Below, piece by piece: positions 1 through 14,475 of a stretch of 64,000 nucleotides of DNA. The notes beneath the pieces are model-generated. The model worked only from the letters and a program-made list of their open reading frames with translations. It was not told the DNA's origin and searched no databases. Positions within the stretch are counted from its first letter, which is position 1, and each line of letters starts with the position of its first letter. Position numbers and translations under genes: made by a program. Origin of the DNA: Octopus bimaculoides (taxonomy: Eukaryota); contig NC_068992.1 of NCBI RefSeq assembly GCF_001194135.2, positions 59,473,824-59,537,823 on the forward strand, read 5' to 3'.

Positions 1-255
1 GGAGGCGCAATGGCCCGGTGGTTAGGGCAGCGGACTCGCGGTCATAGGATCGTGGTTTCGATTCCCAGACCGGGCGTTGTGAGTGTCTATTGAGCGAAAA
101 CACCTAAAAGCTCCGGTAGGGGATGGTGTACACTTTTACCACAACTTTCTCTCACTCTTACTGTAATTCAAAGGGTCAGCTTGTCACGCTGAATATCCCC
201 GAGAACTACGTTAAGGGTACCCTCGACGTCGTAAGCGACGGGGTGCCAACAAAAC
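1..255 (+). mobile_element. tRNA-derived SINE family A (octopus OR-type, tentative), internally deleted
   Basis: A box tggcccggtgg, B box gtttcgattccc; tail gtgccaacaa; same family as 19638 and 45783. Confidence 0.85.
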
Positions 256-435
256 AAACGTAATAAAATTATATTTGTCACCTAAATTAAGTTTGCCCCT
301 TACTTTGCTGAAAGTAAAAGTTGCACTATTTTTTTTCTAGAAATCAATAATAATCTAGAATTCAATAATAAAGAAGCAACATTTTAAATTTATCGAAGAG
401 GTCCATTGCTAGCGTATCCTACGTTTGATCTGACT

Positions 436-449
436 GTTGTCATGGAAAT
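436..449 (+). promoter_or_regulatory. Putative RFX X-box upstream of the first found LRRC23-A exon
   Basis: GTTGTCATGGAAAT; differs from the RTHNYYWTRRNRAC X-box consensus only at the last base; lies next to a motile-cilia gene. Confidence 0.35.
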
Positions 450-1398
450 CAGCAAAGAAAACGAACACAAAATCTTTACGCTGGATACATGTTTGTTATT
501 AACACATACGTGTTTATGATTACATATAAAACAATGCATTACTGCTCTAATTATGACTAAAATTGGCAGACGACATCATTCACCCGTACAACCTTCCCTC
601 ATGACATAGATAAAGAGGCTAGGTTGAAAAAGAGAGCAAATGACGACGTCTCTACATATTGATCTCTATGGACCAATACCGAAGGGTTTCCAATAAAAAA
701 AAAAATAATAATAATCCCAATTACATTATATAATGACGTTTATTTTTTTAGACATAATGACAGACATTTTTTAGACATTTAAGGAAGATTTGGCTGCTAT
801 ATCTAGCAGTTCGAAAGATCGCGTAAAGGTGAAATATTACCTTACTTGGAAACAGGCAAGGGCATCTAGCTGTAGAAAATCAGCCTCAACAAATTCCATT
901 TGAGCCATGCAAGTATAGAAAAGTAGACATCGAAATGATGATAATGATGACGACGCCAGCTAAACAACGACAAAGTTATTGGAATAAATTCCTCATTATT
1001 TCCAAAATTAATCGAAACAAAATTACTGCATTATGCTTACAAAAGGGTTAAACCACCCCTTCTCTATTTTTGTTGCTTAATAATGGCCTCTAATCAAAAC
1101 ATAAGCTGGCAATTTTGATAGGAGGGGATTTAATCAATTACATCAACTCCAGTACTTGAACTGGTATTTTTATTTCATCAAGCCGAGAGGGGAGAAAGGC
1201 AAAGTTAGCTTCAACAAGATTTGAACTCAGAACAGCTGTACTGCGCTGCAGCTGCACTTGAGAAAGCACGTCAAGCTAAGTAAAATACAGGATGAAAGGT
1301 AAAGTCGACCTTGGTGGAATTTGAACACAGAATGTAGCAATGGACGAAATACCACTAAGCATTTTGTCTGGTGTGCTAACAATTCTGCCAGCTTGCCG

Positions 1399-1416
1399 AA
1401 TAATAATAATAATAAC

Positions 1417-1456
<40 letters not shown>

Positions 1457-1605
1457 GCAACAACAACAACAACAATAACAAAACCAACAACAGTCATCAT
1501 CATCATCATCATCATTATCATCATCATTGTCATCATCATCATCATCATCATCGTCACCATCACCACCACCATCAACATCAACATCAACATCAACATCATC
1601 ATCAT
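1399..1605. repeat. Compound microsatellite (AAT)n(AAC)n(CAT)n
   Basis: Directly visible; source of spurious homopolymer ORFs. Confidence 0.95.
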
Positions 1606-2177
1606 CAGGCACTGGCTGTCATGACTTCTGATCTTAACTGAATGGAATTGTTATCATGTACATTGTTTTGTCTTGGTATGAAAGATGGGCTACAGTTGAT
1701 TAGATCGACCTCAGTACGCAACTGGTACTTAATTTATCAACCCTGAAAGGATGAAAGGCAAAGTCGACCTCGGCGGAATTTGAACTCAGAACGTTACGGC
1801 AGATGAAATACCGCTAAGCATTTTGCCCGGCGTGCTAACGATTCTGCCACCTCGCCGCCTTAACAATAACGACAACAACAACAACACCAATAATAATAAT
1901 AATAATAATAATAATTCTTTCTAATATAGGCCCAAAGCCTGGAATTTGTGGGGAGAGGGTTAGTTGATCACATCAACTGCAGTACTTGACTGTTACTTAA
2001 TTTATTGACCCTGAAAGGATGAATAACAAAGTCGAATTTGGTGGAATTTGAACTCAGAACATAATGACCAATGAAATGCTGCTAGGCATATTCCCTGGTG
2101 TGCTAACGATTCTACCAGCTTGCAGAATACTAATGATAATAATAATAATTATTTCTACCATTTGCTATCTTTTATAG

Positions 2178-2287
2178 GTACCGGATAATATTTTGTCAGA
2201 AGAAGTAGTTAAAGAAGGTATCTCTTCACTACGGAGAACAGGAAGTGGTCTTGCTTATTCCTTCATTAAACTTGATCTCAGTAATAG
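2178..2287 (+). CDS. LRRC23: LRRC23-A exon (first found): VPDNILSEEVVKEGISSLRRTGSGLAYSFIKLDLSNR
   Basis: tttatag|GTA acceptor, AG|gtaagt donor, 110 nt, phase 0->2. Confidence 0.88.
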
Positions 2288-4284
2288 GTAAGTTGTCTTA
2301 TATAAACACCAACATAATAATGACAATGTTATTTTACCAAATTCTTTATTTCCAAAATTATTTGAAAAGAAGGCAGTGTATTTCAACAGAAATATGGTAA
2401 CCATCCTTCCATCTATCCATCCATCTTCCCTGTCCAATATTCCTGAGAGGGTTGTTGGGGTAGAATCCTCTGGCATTTCTGCCATGGGGCCCTATCAAAA
2501 GCAGCTATCATTAGACTTTCTGGCTGGATTTCCAAGCACGACTAATTGACACTATGCATGTTATCCAACCATTCCTAAGATCTTCTGCTGATTGGCTTGG
2601 CTTGTGATTCTTTCCTGTGACATTCTAATCACATCTGTAACACTGGATCTATGATCTCTCAATGCAAAGGAGTGGTGGCTCAATATGGAAGGACTCCCTG
2701 ATCTCTGAGCTATGTGCATATGTCAGGCAACACTACTCCATAGGTCCTTCAGAGGAACCCCATTTCGGCCGCTTGTATTTGCGATTGTACTCTTTTGGTC
2801 ATTATCCAATATTCATGGCTATAGGTAAGGCTAGGCACAAAAACTGAATTGAAGGCAGTGAGTTTGGCTTTTCACCAATCTCTTTCGAGTGTGCATCTAC
2901 TGATTGTATCTATATTGTGACATCATGTATTGCTGAATACTAGAACATATGTAAAAGTTGGAATAAAGGAGTATCGAGTTATGCCCAGTCGTGGCTAGTG
3001 CCAGTGACACCTAAACGGCATCCAGTTCACACCGTGTAGTGGTTGGTGTTAGGAAGAGCATCCAACTGTAGAAACAAAGCCATAACAGACTGGAGCTTGG
3101 TGTAGCTCTCTGGCTTACCAGTTTGAGTCAAACCAACTAACAACCTACGCCAGCATGGAAAATGGATGCTAAACCATGACGCCGTCGCCGATGCCATATA
3201 TAAACAGAGTATGTCAGTTTTTTGAAGGCACCTCTTTCAAGATCTCTAACTTTCTTCTCACTTATTACCTCTGCCTTAGTGAAGGCGGAGGTATTGTTTT
3301 CAGTCGTATTTGTTTGTTTGTTTGTTTGTTTGTCCATGGACAAGATATCTCAAAAGCCACTGGATAGATTTAGATGAAACTTTTAGGGATGTTTGGCTTT
3401 GTGACTGGCATGAACTGATTAGATTTTGGGATTGATCGGGTACCGGACAAGGATTCTGGATTATTTTTCCGGTCTTTTTACTTAATTTTTGAGAGCAGCC
3501 GGGTTCATTTTTAGTATTCTCGTTTGTAAGAGCGGTCAAGTTTATTTCAGATATTCTCATTTTAAAAATCATCTCCTGGTGTATGTACTTGATAAATTAG
3601 GCAATGAGGGATGACTGATGTGAAGCAAATAGAATGACCAGTGGAAACAGGACGAAACAATTTATATCATGTAAACAATAATTCTGTCTCTTTCTCAGAG
3701 AAGCAGCAAATAAAATTCTGCCTTTCTTCTTCTCTCTCTCTCTCTCTTTTATTTATTTATTTATTTTTGTTTTTTTTTTACCAGGAAGATGACCGATATT
3801 TCAATCCTGGAGAAATATATTCATCTGAGAATTGTTAATGTAAGCAACAACTATTTGACTGATCTAAAGCCTTTCAACACATTGACTGATTTGCTGCAGC
3901 TGACAGCCGACAAAAACCGCATTGCAAGCATAATGCTTGATCCATGTCCGTTTCTGCAATATATGTCTATCAACAACAACAGGATAAAGGATATCTCTGA
4001 AGGAATTTCACACCCACTTGTTAGATACATAGACCTTAGCAGTAAGTAAAACTTGTGTTGTATTACTTCTGTGATGACTCAGTGGAGGAGTTGTACAACT
4101 CTATAAAAACTAACTCTATGGTTTGGGGGTTCAGTCCCACTGCACAGCACCTTGGGCAACTGTGTTCTACTTAGAGCTCTGGGATGATCAATGCCTTGGG
4201 AGTGAATTTATTCATTGAAAACTATATGTTGTTTATTGTGTGAGTGTGTCTATCTATCTGTCTATCTGTGTGTGTGTGTGTATG

Positions 4285-4325
<41 letters not shown>

Positions 4326-5391
4326 ATATTATTATTTTTTTGCCTACGTTTTGTTTGCAATGTCCTGTACCCAGATATGCACCTACATATATAGGTAGAC
4401 GTAGGTATGCACATACCTGTACGTATATATGCTTATACTCATTTATTATTAGTAATATATATATATGTAATTTCAACCATGTTTCGTGGTCTGCTGCCAC
4501 AACAGCTCCTTTATANNNNNNNNNNNNNNNNNNNNNNNNNNNNNNNNNNNNNNNNNNNNNNNNNNNNNNNNNNNNNNNNNNNNNNNNNNNNNNNNNNNNN
4601 NNNNNNNNNNNNNNNNNNNNNNNNNNNNNNNNNNNNNNNNNNNNNNNNNNNNNNNNNNNNNNNNNNNNNNNNNNNNNNNNNNNNNNNNNNNNNNNNNNNN
4701 NNNNNNNNNNNNNNNNNNNNNNNNNNNNNNNNNNNNNNNNNNNNNNNNNNNNNNNNNNNNNNNNNNNNNNNNNNNNNNNNNNNNNNNNNNNNNNNNNNNN
4801 NNNNNNNNNNNNNNNNNNNNNNNNNNNNNNNNNNNNNNNNNNNNNNNNNNNNNNNNNNNNNNNNNNNNNNNNNNNNNNNNNNNNNNNNNNNNNNNNNNNN
4901 NNNNNNNNNNNNNNNNNNNNNNNNNNNNNNNNNNNNNNNNNNNNNNNNNNNNNNNNNNNNNNNNNNNNNNNNNNNNNNNNNNNNNNNNNNNNNNNNNNNN
5001 NNNNNNNNNNNNNNNNNNNNNNNNNNNNNNNNNNNNNNNNNNNNNNNNNNNNNNNNNNNNNNNNNNNNNNNNNNNNNNNNNNNNNNNNNNNNNNNNNNNN
5101 NNNNNNNNNNNNNNNNNNNNNNNNNNNNNNNNNNNNNNNNNNNNNNNNNNNNNNNNNNNNNNNNNNNNNNNNNNNNNNNNNNNNNNNNNNNNNNNNNNNN
5201 NNNNNNNNNNNGTGAAGCAAATATTTGCTGATCCCTTAATTATGTTTATAAATATATATGAGCTTTTAAATAAGTTCTCCACCAATAATGGTGCTTACAT
5301 ACCGATGGGCTTGGTAAAAATTATTAATTATTAATTGTTGATTTATTAATGAATTAATAAATTGATAATCCTTTACCCTTTTAATTTGTAA

Positions 5392-5430
<39 letters not shown>

Positions 5431-6197
5431 CACCTAGATTAGACAGGTTGTCTGGTGCTGAGTTGCTTCCACTGGCCACAACATTTGCTCCATTTCCCTT
5501 GCGCTCTTGCCATTCTCCTTTACGTTGTTCCAAACATTTGTCTTAAATCATCTTCTCACCTGATTGTGCATATACATCATCATCATCATCATCATCGTCA
5601 TCATCATTCAACATCCGTTTTCCATGTTGGCATGGGTTGGGTGGTTTGGCTGGGGACTGGCAAACCAGGAGGCTGCACCAGGGTCCAGTCTGATCTGGCA
5701 AGGTTTCTACAGCTGGATGCCCTTCATAATGCCAACCACTCCAAGAGTATAGTGGGTGCTTTTTACGTGCCACCAGCATGGGAGCCAATCAGGTGCACTG
5801 GCATTGAACATGTTTGGAGCCAGTGCTGCCTGACTGGCTGCCATGCCGGTGGCTGCCCGCATGAAAAGAAGTACATTCTATTGTACCTGTGCGCTCCACC
5901 ACTAGCCAAGCATGTCTGGGCTTTGAAAGAAAGTGCCACAAAGTACAGCATAAATGTAAGATCCTAGAAAGATGCAAACTGTACTTCAATAGCAGTAGGA
6001 AATGCAGATTATGCCTGGTTGAGAAGAGAGCAATTTTATAAGGTACCCAATGCCTGGATGTTTACCTCAATAACAGGAGTGAGGTGTTTATTCTATCGAT
6101 CACTTTTGCCAAACCGCTAACTTACGGGGATGTAAACACATCAACATCGGTTGTCAAGCAATGTTGTGGGGACAAACACATACACACAAACATATAC

Positions 6198-6264
<67 letters not shown>

Positions 6265-7534
6265 ATGGGCTTCTTTCAGTTTCCATCTACCAAATCCACT
6301 CACAAAGCTTTGGTCATACCGAGGCTATAGTAGAAGATACTTGCCCAAGGTGCCACGCAGTGGAACTGAACCTGGAACCATGTTTTTGGTAAGCAAGCTA
6401 CTTACCACACAGCCACTCCTGAATGCAGTTGAGACAGTAAGACCATTTGGAAGCTTGCTATGCAATAAAGTTTTGTGTTAAAAATGCTAGAGAAACTTAC
6501 GAAATGCTCCAGATTGGTCATGGATAAACTTGTATGAGCTGAGCATCTGTTTTCTGCTGGCACAAGATGCCTGGCAAAGTGACAGCAAGGCTATCATCAT
6601 CTATGTCCACTGTGAACCCTCTGGCCAGATGGTCAACAAAGAGTACTTTGTGAAGGTTTTGTGGAAGTTCAGAAAAAGATTTCATTGTGAAAGGTCAGAG
6701 TTCTTCCACTCGGGTCAGTGGCACCTGCACCAGAACAATACACCAGTCCACAATTCCATCTCGGTAGCCAACTACTTGAAAGAGATGGACATCAAAACTG
6801 TCCCTCATTCTCCCTCATCTGACTGCCCCTCCATCCACCCATACGTACATACATGTACACATACATACATACATACATACATACATACATACATACATAC
6901 ATGTATGCATACATATACTATATCTTTAATGTTCATGGGAGAAGAGGAGGAGGAAGAGGAAAAGGAGGAAGAGGAGGAGGAGAAAGAAAGAAAGAGAAGA
7001 AGAAGAAGAAGAAGAAGAAGAAGAAGAAGAAGAAAAGGGAGAAGAAGTTTTGACCCTCATTCATCTCCTTCAGCTTGAGTAACAACTAAAAAGTTGTTCT
7101 CCAAGTCGAAGGAGGAGATGGAATTGAAGGGGACTGTGACAAGGGTTTTGGACACCATCACTTTGGAGGACTTCCGTAGGAACTTCATGGAACGTTTGGC
7201 GTGCCACATTCAAGGAGCACATTGGTGCCAGAGGATTCTTGCATTGAAAGAGACAAGAGTTTTGTACTTTTTTGAAATTCATTCTCCTGAAAAAAAATCT
7301 CAAAACTTCTGGAATGCACTTTGTAAATATATGTGTGTGTGTGTGTGATAAAGAACACATACATGTACACACTTAAGCACATAAACACACACACACACAC
7401 ACATTTTTTCATGACATTTCGTAGTTTTTATTCTTGGCAAGGGTTATCAACATTTGTTATTTGTGTCATTATAGAAAGTCAGAAGTGAGGTATGTGTGTG
7501 CATGTATGTGTGTGTGTGTGAGTGTGTGTGTGTT

Positions 7535-7575
<41 letters not shown>

Positions 7576-8628
7576 GGTAGGGGTTGGGCTATAGGATTGT
7601 CTTCAGATTAAAAAAAAAAAGGAAAAAAAAAAGAACAGCAAACCAAAATAGAAAACAAAAAAAAAGTAAAACGAAACAACAGCAAAAAAAACATAAGAAC
7701 CTAACCTTTTGTGGGGAACAATAACAGTGTCAGAATAACAATAGCAGTGATTCAAAGATAGATTTCTGTATTCTGGAAGATATTTGAGAGAAGAACATTG
7801 GGACAGAGGGAACATTTTATGTAGTGAAAATAAAAGAGATTACACATAAGACAAACACACAAACACACACACACACACACATGCACATTCACACACACAC
7901 ATGCACGCTTACATATGCATGCATATATGCACTTTTACACACACACACACACACATCCTCTCAATATCTCTCTGTCGCTTTCTTTCTCTCTCTCTCACAC
8001 ACACATCCGGCTGCCCCCCTCCATCCACCCATACGTACATACGTGTACACATCCATGCATACATACACGCATACATGCATACATCCATCCGTAGTACATC
8101 CATCCATACATACATACATGCATGCATGCATGCATACATATACTATATCTTTAATATTCATGGGAGAAGAGGAGGAGGAAGAAGAAAAGGAGGAAGAGGA
8201 GGAGGAGAAAGAAAGAGAAGAAAACGAAGAAGAAGAAGAAGAAGAAAAAAAACAAGAACAAGAACGAGGCAGTGTTGAGTTGGTTTAATATTTTTTGAAA
8301 TTTGAGTCACTCAAATATTTGAATCATCTTTTGAGAGGAAATGATTAACATTTCATAAGTATTAAATGACAATATCTTTTTTTTTCTCCTGTTCCTGGGT
8401 TTTTTTACTTCTTGCTTTTTTTCTTTTTTTTTATTATTATTGTTCTTTTATTCTGAAACTTATTCCCTTCTGCTGAACCGTTTCTTCATTTCGTTGTTAT
8501 GAAAACAGTCGGTGATTCCTCTTTTTCCCTCAACTGCAATGTCTCCGTAATTTATATTCTGACATTAAATGCAGACTATATAAGTAACTAATAAAGGTTC
8601 ATTATTATTCGGCCATTACCAGCACAGC

Positions 8629-8659
<31 letters not shown>

Positions 8660-9262
8660 CCATCACCACCACCACCATATATATATATATATATATATGT
8701 GTTTGTGTGTGTGTGTGTGTCTGTGTGTGTGTGTGTGTGTGTTATTGTTTCCTTGCCTTGATATTGTGTGGTAATTGTAAGCGAGTGTCACTATCATGCA
8801 AGTGGCACCCTTTGTTTCCAATCTTCCATGAAAACATGTCTGGTCATGGAATGATATACACGTTACTTGGAAAACAGGTGAGGGTTGGCAACAGAAAGGG
8901 CATTCGACTGTAGAATATCTGCCTCAGCTAATTCCATCCAACCCATGCCAGCATAGAAAAGTGGATGTTCAAACAATACTGCTGCTGCTGCAGATGATGA
9001 TGATGATGATGATGATTGTATAGCCTTTCTCACAAAGAATCTCCTTATCTTGCTCCCTCACATACATTCTTTCTCTTTGTCTTATTCATTTCTGTCTCTG
9101 TCTCTCTCTCTGCTTCTCTCTCTCTCTATCTCTCCATCAGATCTTCTTTCTTTAATCCTGTTCCTTTCTCTCTCTGTGTCTTTCTCCCTCTCTCTGTCTT
9201 TATCTATCTCTCTCTCTCTCTGTCTTTCTCTGTCTGTCTATCTGTCTGTCTCTCTCTCTCTC

Positions 9263-9345
<83 letters not shown>

Positions 9346-9347
9346 TA

Positions 9348-9385
<38 letters not shown>

Positions 9386-10686
9386 TTTTCTGCCTCTAAT
9401 CCTGTTCCTTTTCTCCCCCACTCTCTCCCTCTCAGTCTTTCTATCCCTTGCACAGTTTTTCATTCTCTCTCTCATTCTCCCTCACATTATATCCCCTTCT
9501 CTCCTTGTGCTCATCCTTTCTCTCTTCCTCTCTCACTATATAAAAACACATATGTATAAAGAATAACCATATTTGATTATAAACCATGACTCATTACTCC
9601 GCCATTAATCAAATAAAACTGCCCCCTACCATTTCTGGTTTCACTGGCATATTTTTTATTCCTTTTCTTTTTCCTCTTGATTTTGCCAGAAATATTTTTC
9701 AACTCTCTAACAATATATAACTCTAGCTATGTACCTTCCTAACTAGCCTACATTTCTATTTACTTATCATTCTACCTGCCCTACTCACCTATCTACCTGC
9801 CTACCTATCCACCTACACACACACACAAACACACGTGCATATATAGATATGAATGTATGCATCATATATATGTCTATATACATGTGTGNNNNNNNNNNGG
9901 GTGCAGCTGTAGCCATGGGCACCGGTGTGGCTGTGTGGTAAGAAGCTCGCTTCCCAACCACATGGTTCTGGGTTCAGTCACATTGCATGGCACCTTGGGC
10001 AAGTGTCTTCTACTATAGCCTTGGGCCGACCAAAACCTTGTCAGTGGATTTGGTAGACGGAAACTGAAAGAAGCCCATTGTGTGTGTGTGTGTGTGTGTG
10101 CGTCTTTGTGTCTGTTTGTCCCCACACCATCGCTTGACAACTGATGTTGGGGGTGTTTATGTCCCTGTAACTTGGTTCAGCAAAATACACTGATAGAATA
10201 AGTACTAGGTTTATAAAGAATAAGTATTGGGTGCGATTTGTTCAACTAAAATACTGCTGTTGTAATTGACAGAGAGCTATTATAGTGCCTTGTGTTACAG
10301 CAATCTGAAAATTTTGCTTTTCTTTGACTTTTCCTTTCTTCTTTTTGGCTTCATTACAGACAATAAAATCAAAGAAGTGCCACCATTCGATGGATCAGGA
10401 TTCCATCATCTTACCACTCTCAAAATTGAAGGAAATAGAATTCAAAACATTAACGAGTTCAATATACCAAATCTGAAAATACTGCATCTTGTAAGTCATA
10501 GTTTCTTAATCTTTGCTCTTTGGCACCCCACGCCCCAGTATTTGACTGGTACTTTAGTTTATGAACTCTTCAAGGTTGGAAGGCAAAGCTGACATCAACA
10601 AGAGTTCAACTCGGAATGTGAAGGGTTAGAAGAAGTACCACAAGGTATTTTTTTTCCCAGTGCTCTAACAATTCTGTCACCCACTC

Positions 10687-10732
<46 letters not shown>

Positions 10733-10952
10733 CATCGTCATCGTCATCATCATCATTTCTACTAAAGGTACAATGCTTGAAATTTTGCAGGAGGGGGCTA
10801 GTCGATTACATCAACCCCAGTGCTCAACTGGTACTTATTTCATTGACCCCCTCAAAAGGATGAAAGGCAAAGTCGACCTCGGCAGAATTTGAACTCAGAA
10901 TGTAAAGAGGAATAATAATGATGATGACGATGATTACGATGGCGATGACGGT

Positions 10953-10997
<45 letters not shown>

Positions 10998-11004
10998 CAC
11001 CACC

Positions 11005-11036
<32 letters not shown>

Positions 11037-11278
11037 CACAGTAATTTCACATAGTAAGGGAATTTCAGTCGATACCGATCAGACAAATGGAGGTTTCTGA
11101 GTAGTTTTTGAGGCTTTTGCATCTCTTTACAGTCATGAGCTCTGAAATTTGGCAGAAGGGAGTAGTCAATTATGTCAATCCCAGTGCTCCACAGGTATAT
11201 ATTTCATTCACCCCTGAAAGGACAAAAGCAAAGTGAACCCCAGCAGAATTTTCATTACAATTACTGCTGCTCTTGCTT

Positions 11279-11373
<95 letters not shown>

Positions 11374-12625
11374 TGTTTTTTGATTTTGGCACAAGGCCAG
11401 AAAATTTTAGGAGAGGTGTATAACCCTGCCAACTTGACATTGGTGGGATTTGAACTCAGAATATAAGGAGCCGGAAGAAATGCTACAATGTAGTTTGTCT
11501 GACTCAGTAGGGTCTCTGTCAGCTCATTGTTTGATAATGATAATTTTGACAAAGACAATGACAATAATGGTGGTGGTGGTGGTGGTGGTGGTGGTGGCAG
11601 TGGTGGTGGCAGAAGAACAAGAAGAAGAACAACAACAACAGCAACAACAACAACGACAAGAACAATTGTTTGGAATTTATTTTTGTTTTTCATCACAATT
11701 TATTCAAGTGTCTGTCAGATATATGTATATATATATTTTTTTTTTCGCCATTTAAGTTTCCTTTCAAATGAAAGAAAAGGAAATTTAGATACAAACTTCC
11801 TTGTATGAATTCAAATATGCTGTNNNNNNNNNNNNNNNNNNNNNNNNNNNNNNNNNNNNNNNNNNNNNNNNNNNNNNNNNNNNNNNNNNNNNNNNNNNNN
11901 NNNNNNNNNNNNNNNNNNNNNNNNNNNNNNNNNNNNNNNNNNNNNNNNNNNNNNNNNNNNNNNNNNNNNNNNNNNNNNNNNNNNNNNNNNNNNNNNNNNN
12001 NNNNNNNNNNNNNNNNNNNNNNNNNNNNNNNNNNNNNNNNNNNNNNNNNNNNNNNNNNNNNNNNNNNNNNNNNNNNNNNNNNNNNNNNNNNNNNNNNNNN
12101 NNNNNNNNNNNNNNNNNNNNNNNNNNNNNNNNNNNNNNNNNNNNNNNNNNNNNNNNNNNNNNNNNNNNNNNNNNNNNNNNNNNNNNNNNNNNNNNNNNNN
12201 NNNNNNNNNNNNNNNNNNNNNNNNNNNNNNNNNNNNNNNNNNNNNNNNNNNNNNNNNNNNNNNNNNNNNNNNNNNNNNNNNNNNNNNNNNNNNNNNNNNN
12301 NNNNNNNNNNNNNNNNNNNNNNNNNNNNNNNNNNNNNNNNNNNNNNNNNNNNNNNNNNNNNNNNNNNNNNNNNNNNNNNNNNNNNNNNNNNNNNNNNNNN
12401 NNNNNNNNNNNNNNNNNNNNNNNNNNNNNNNNNNNNNNNNNNNNNNNNNNNNNNNNNNNNNNNNNNNNNNNNNNNNNNNNNNNNNNNNNNNNNNNNNNNN
12501 NNNNNNNNNNNNNNNNNNNNNNNNNNNNNNNNNNNNNNNNNNNNNNNNNNNNNNNNNNNNNNNNNNNNNNNNNNNNNNNNNNNNNNNNNNNNNNNNNNNN
12601 NNNNNNNNNNNNNNNNNNNNNNNNN

Positions 12626-12673
<48 letters not shown>

Positions 12674-13339
12674 TGTGTCTGTGTTTTTCCCCCCAACATC
12701 GCTTGACAACCGATGGTGGTGTGTTAATGGGGCCAGCAGGTTCCCCTCTATATTAGTTTTATTAATTTCATATTCAAACAGATATCAAACCAGATGAAAG
12801 ATATGTGAAATAGCAAAGACCAGCTACAAGTACAATAGAGAACAGAAGAGACCTAATATTGAAACAAGCAGTAAAACAAAAAATAGAATCCCTGTCCGTC
12901 CTGCTGCGCGCGTGTGTGTATTTGTGTGTGTGTATGTGTGTGCGTGTATGTGTATGTGCATGTGTCTATGTCTTGCTTGGGAGCCAATTAAGTTATGTTT
13001 TCTCAAAGATTCTGGAAGTATCATGGCTCTGTCTTTTACTGCTCAATAGAATGACAAAAGGTCAATAAGTATTTCACACTTATTATTTAAGTATTTCCTG
13101 TCAGATTGTTAGGAGGATGAACACACTACTGTGTCTGCCTATCTCTCTATCCATTTGTCTATCTGTGTGCTTGTCTGTCCGTCTGTCTGTCTATTTTAGA
13201 GGAGGGGATTAGTCGATTACATCAACCCTGGTGTTTCACTGGTACTTAATTTATTGACCCCGAAAGATAAACAGCGCGTGACCTCGCAGGTGGGGTTCAG
13301 TTAGAATTTTCTTCAGGTCGAGTAGCCCATTCCACTCAA

Positions 13340-13373
<34 letters not shown>

Positions 13374-14244
13374 GTCTGTCTTTATGTTCTGAGTTCAAAT
13401 TCTGCTGAGGTTGACTTTACCTTTCATCCTTTTGGGGTCAATAAATTAAGTACCAGTGAAACACAGGGGTTGATGTAATCGACTAATCCCCTCCCCTAAA
13501 ATTTCAAGGCTTTGTACCTTTAGTAAAAAGGATTATTATTAAGGTGGCGAGCTGGCAGAATTGTTAGCACGCCAGGTGAAATGCTTAGGGGCATTTCATT
13601 TGTCTCTTCACATTTTGAGTTCAAATTCTGCCGTGGTCATCTTTGCCCTTTATCCTTTTGGGATCAATAAAATAAGTACCAGTTGAGCACTGGAGTCGAT
13701 GTCATTGATTTTCCCCCTTCTCTGAAATTGCTGGCCTTGTGACAAAATTTGAAACCATTACAACTACAACTACTACTACTACTACTACTACTACTAACTT
13801 GGTTTCATATGATTGATTGTGAGAAAAAAACAGAAAATCCAAATGGAAAAAAAGATTAAATGAAAAATGTAAATCTCCTTTATGTAGGATTGAACCAGCA
13901 AATCTGTTGAACACAAGACTTTCTGGCTCTCTCTCTCTCTCTCTTGCTCATTCTATTACAATATCTCCTCCCCTCCACTTCCTCTGCTTTTCCTGTATAG
14001 TCATTCATCAAAAACCTCCACGGTGACCCACCGATACATGATAAACCAAGCCATAAGCTCCTTATCTTCCTAAAAACAGCCACAATCCAAAGGTAAAGAA
14101 TATACAACCAATATGAGATGCATGTCTCAAAACATTGATTTTATGCCATTTTTTTTTCTCACCTTCAGGAGTGGGTGTTATTCATCATCATCATCATCAT
14201 CCTCATCCTCCTCCTCCTCCTCCTCCTCATCATCATCATTATTA

Positions 14245-14302
<58 letters not shown>

Positions 14303-14403
14303 CCTTATTATTATTAGTCATATTATTAAAATCTTTCGCCCTGGTGGCAATAAAAGAAATCTTCATCATCATCATCATCATCATTATTATTATTATTATT
14401 ATT

Positions 14404-14475
<72 letters not shown>

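Noticed and set aside
1-76. Functional tRNA genes at SINE heads (1, 19638, 46035-46111, 25490)
   Set aside because: They continue into shared SINE bodies and lack a proper acceptor stem and Pol III terminator.
442-519. ATG ORF MEISKENEHK... as the LRRC23-A start exon
   Set aside because: There is no phase-0 GT donor before its TGA. The phase-1 option spliced to the alternative AG near 2198 creates a TAA.
1227-1641. Poly-L/M/N/H/I ORFs here and similar ones at 10824-11808, 14113-14573, 9016-9559 and 21982-22434
   Set aside because: Translations of tri- and dinucleotide microsatellites, open in many frames.
4244-5334. Long ORFs spanning N runs (also 11693-12797, 14840-15276, 17131-17680, 22634-22972, 28258-28821, 29282-29831, 30874-31842, 32579-33615, 45075-45888)
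   Set aside because: Artefacts of assembly gaps. The gene models are phase-complete without exons in these gaps.
10266-10592. Stand-alone 108-aa LRR gene
   Set aside because: Only 10360-10490 is LRR-like and bounded by canonical splice sites; the rest is intron read-through.
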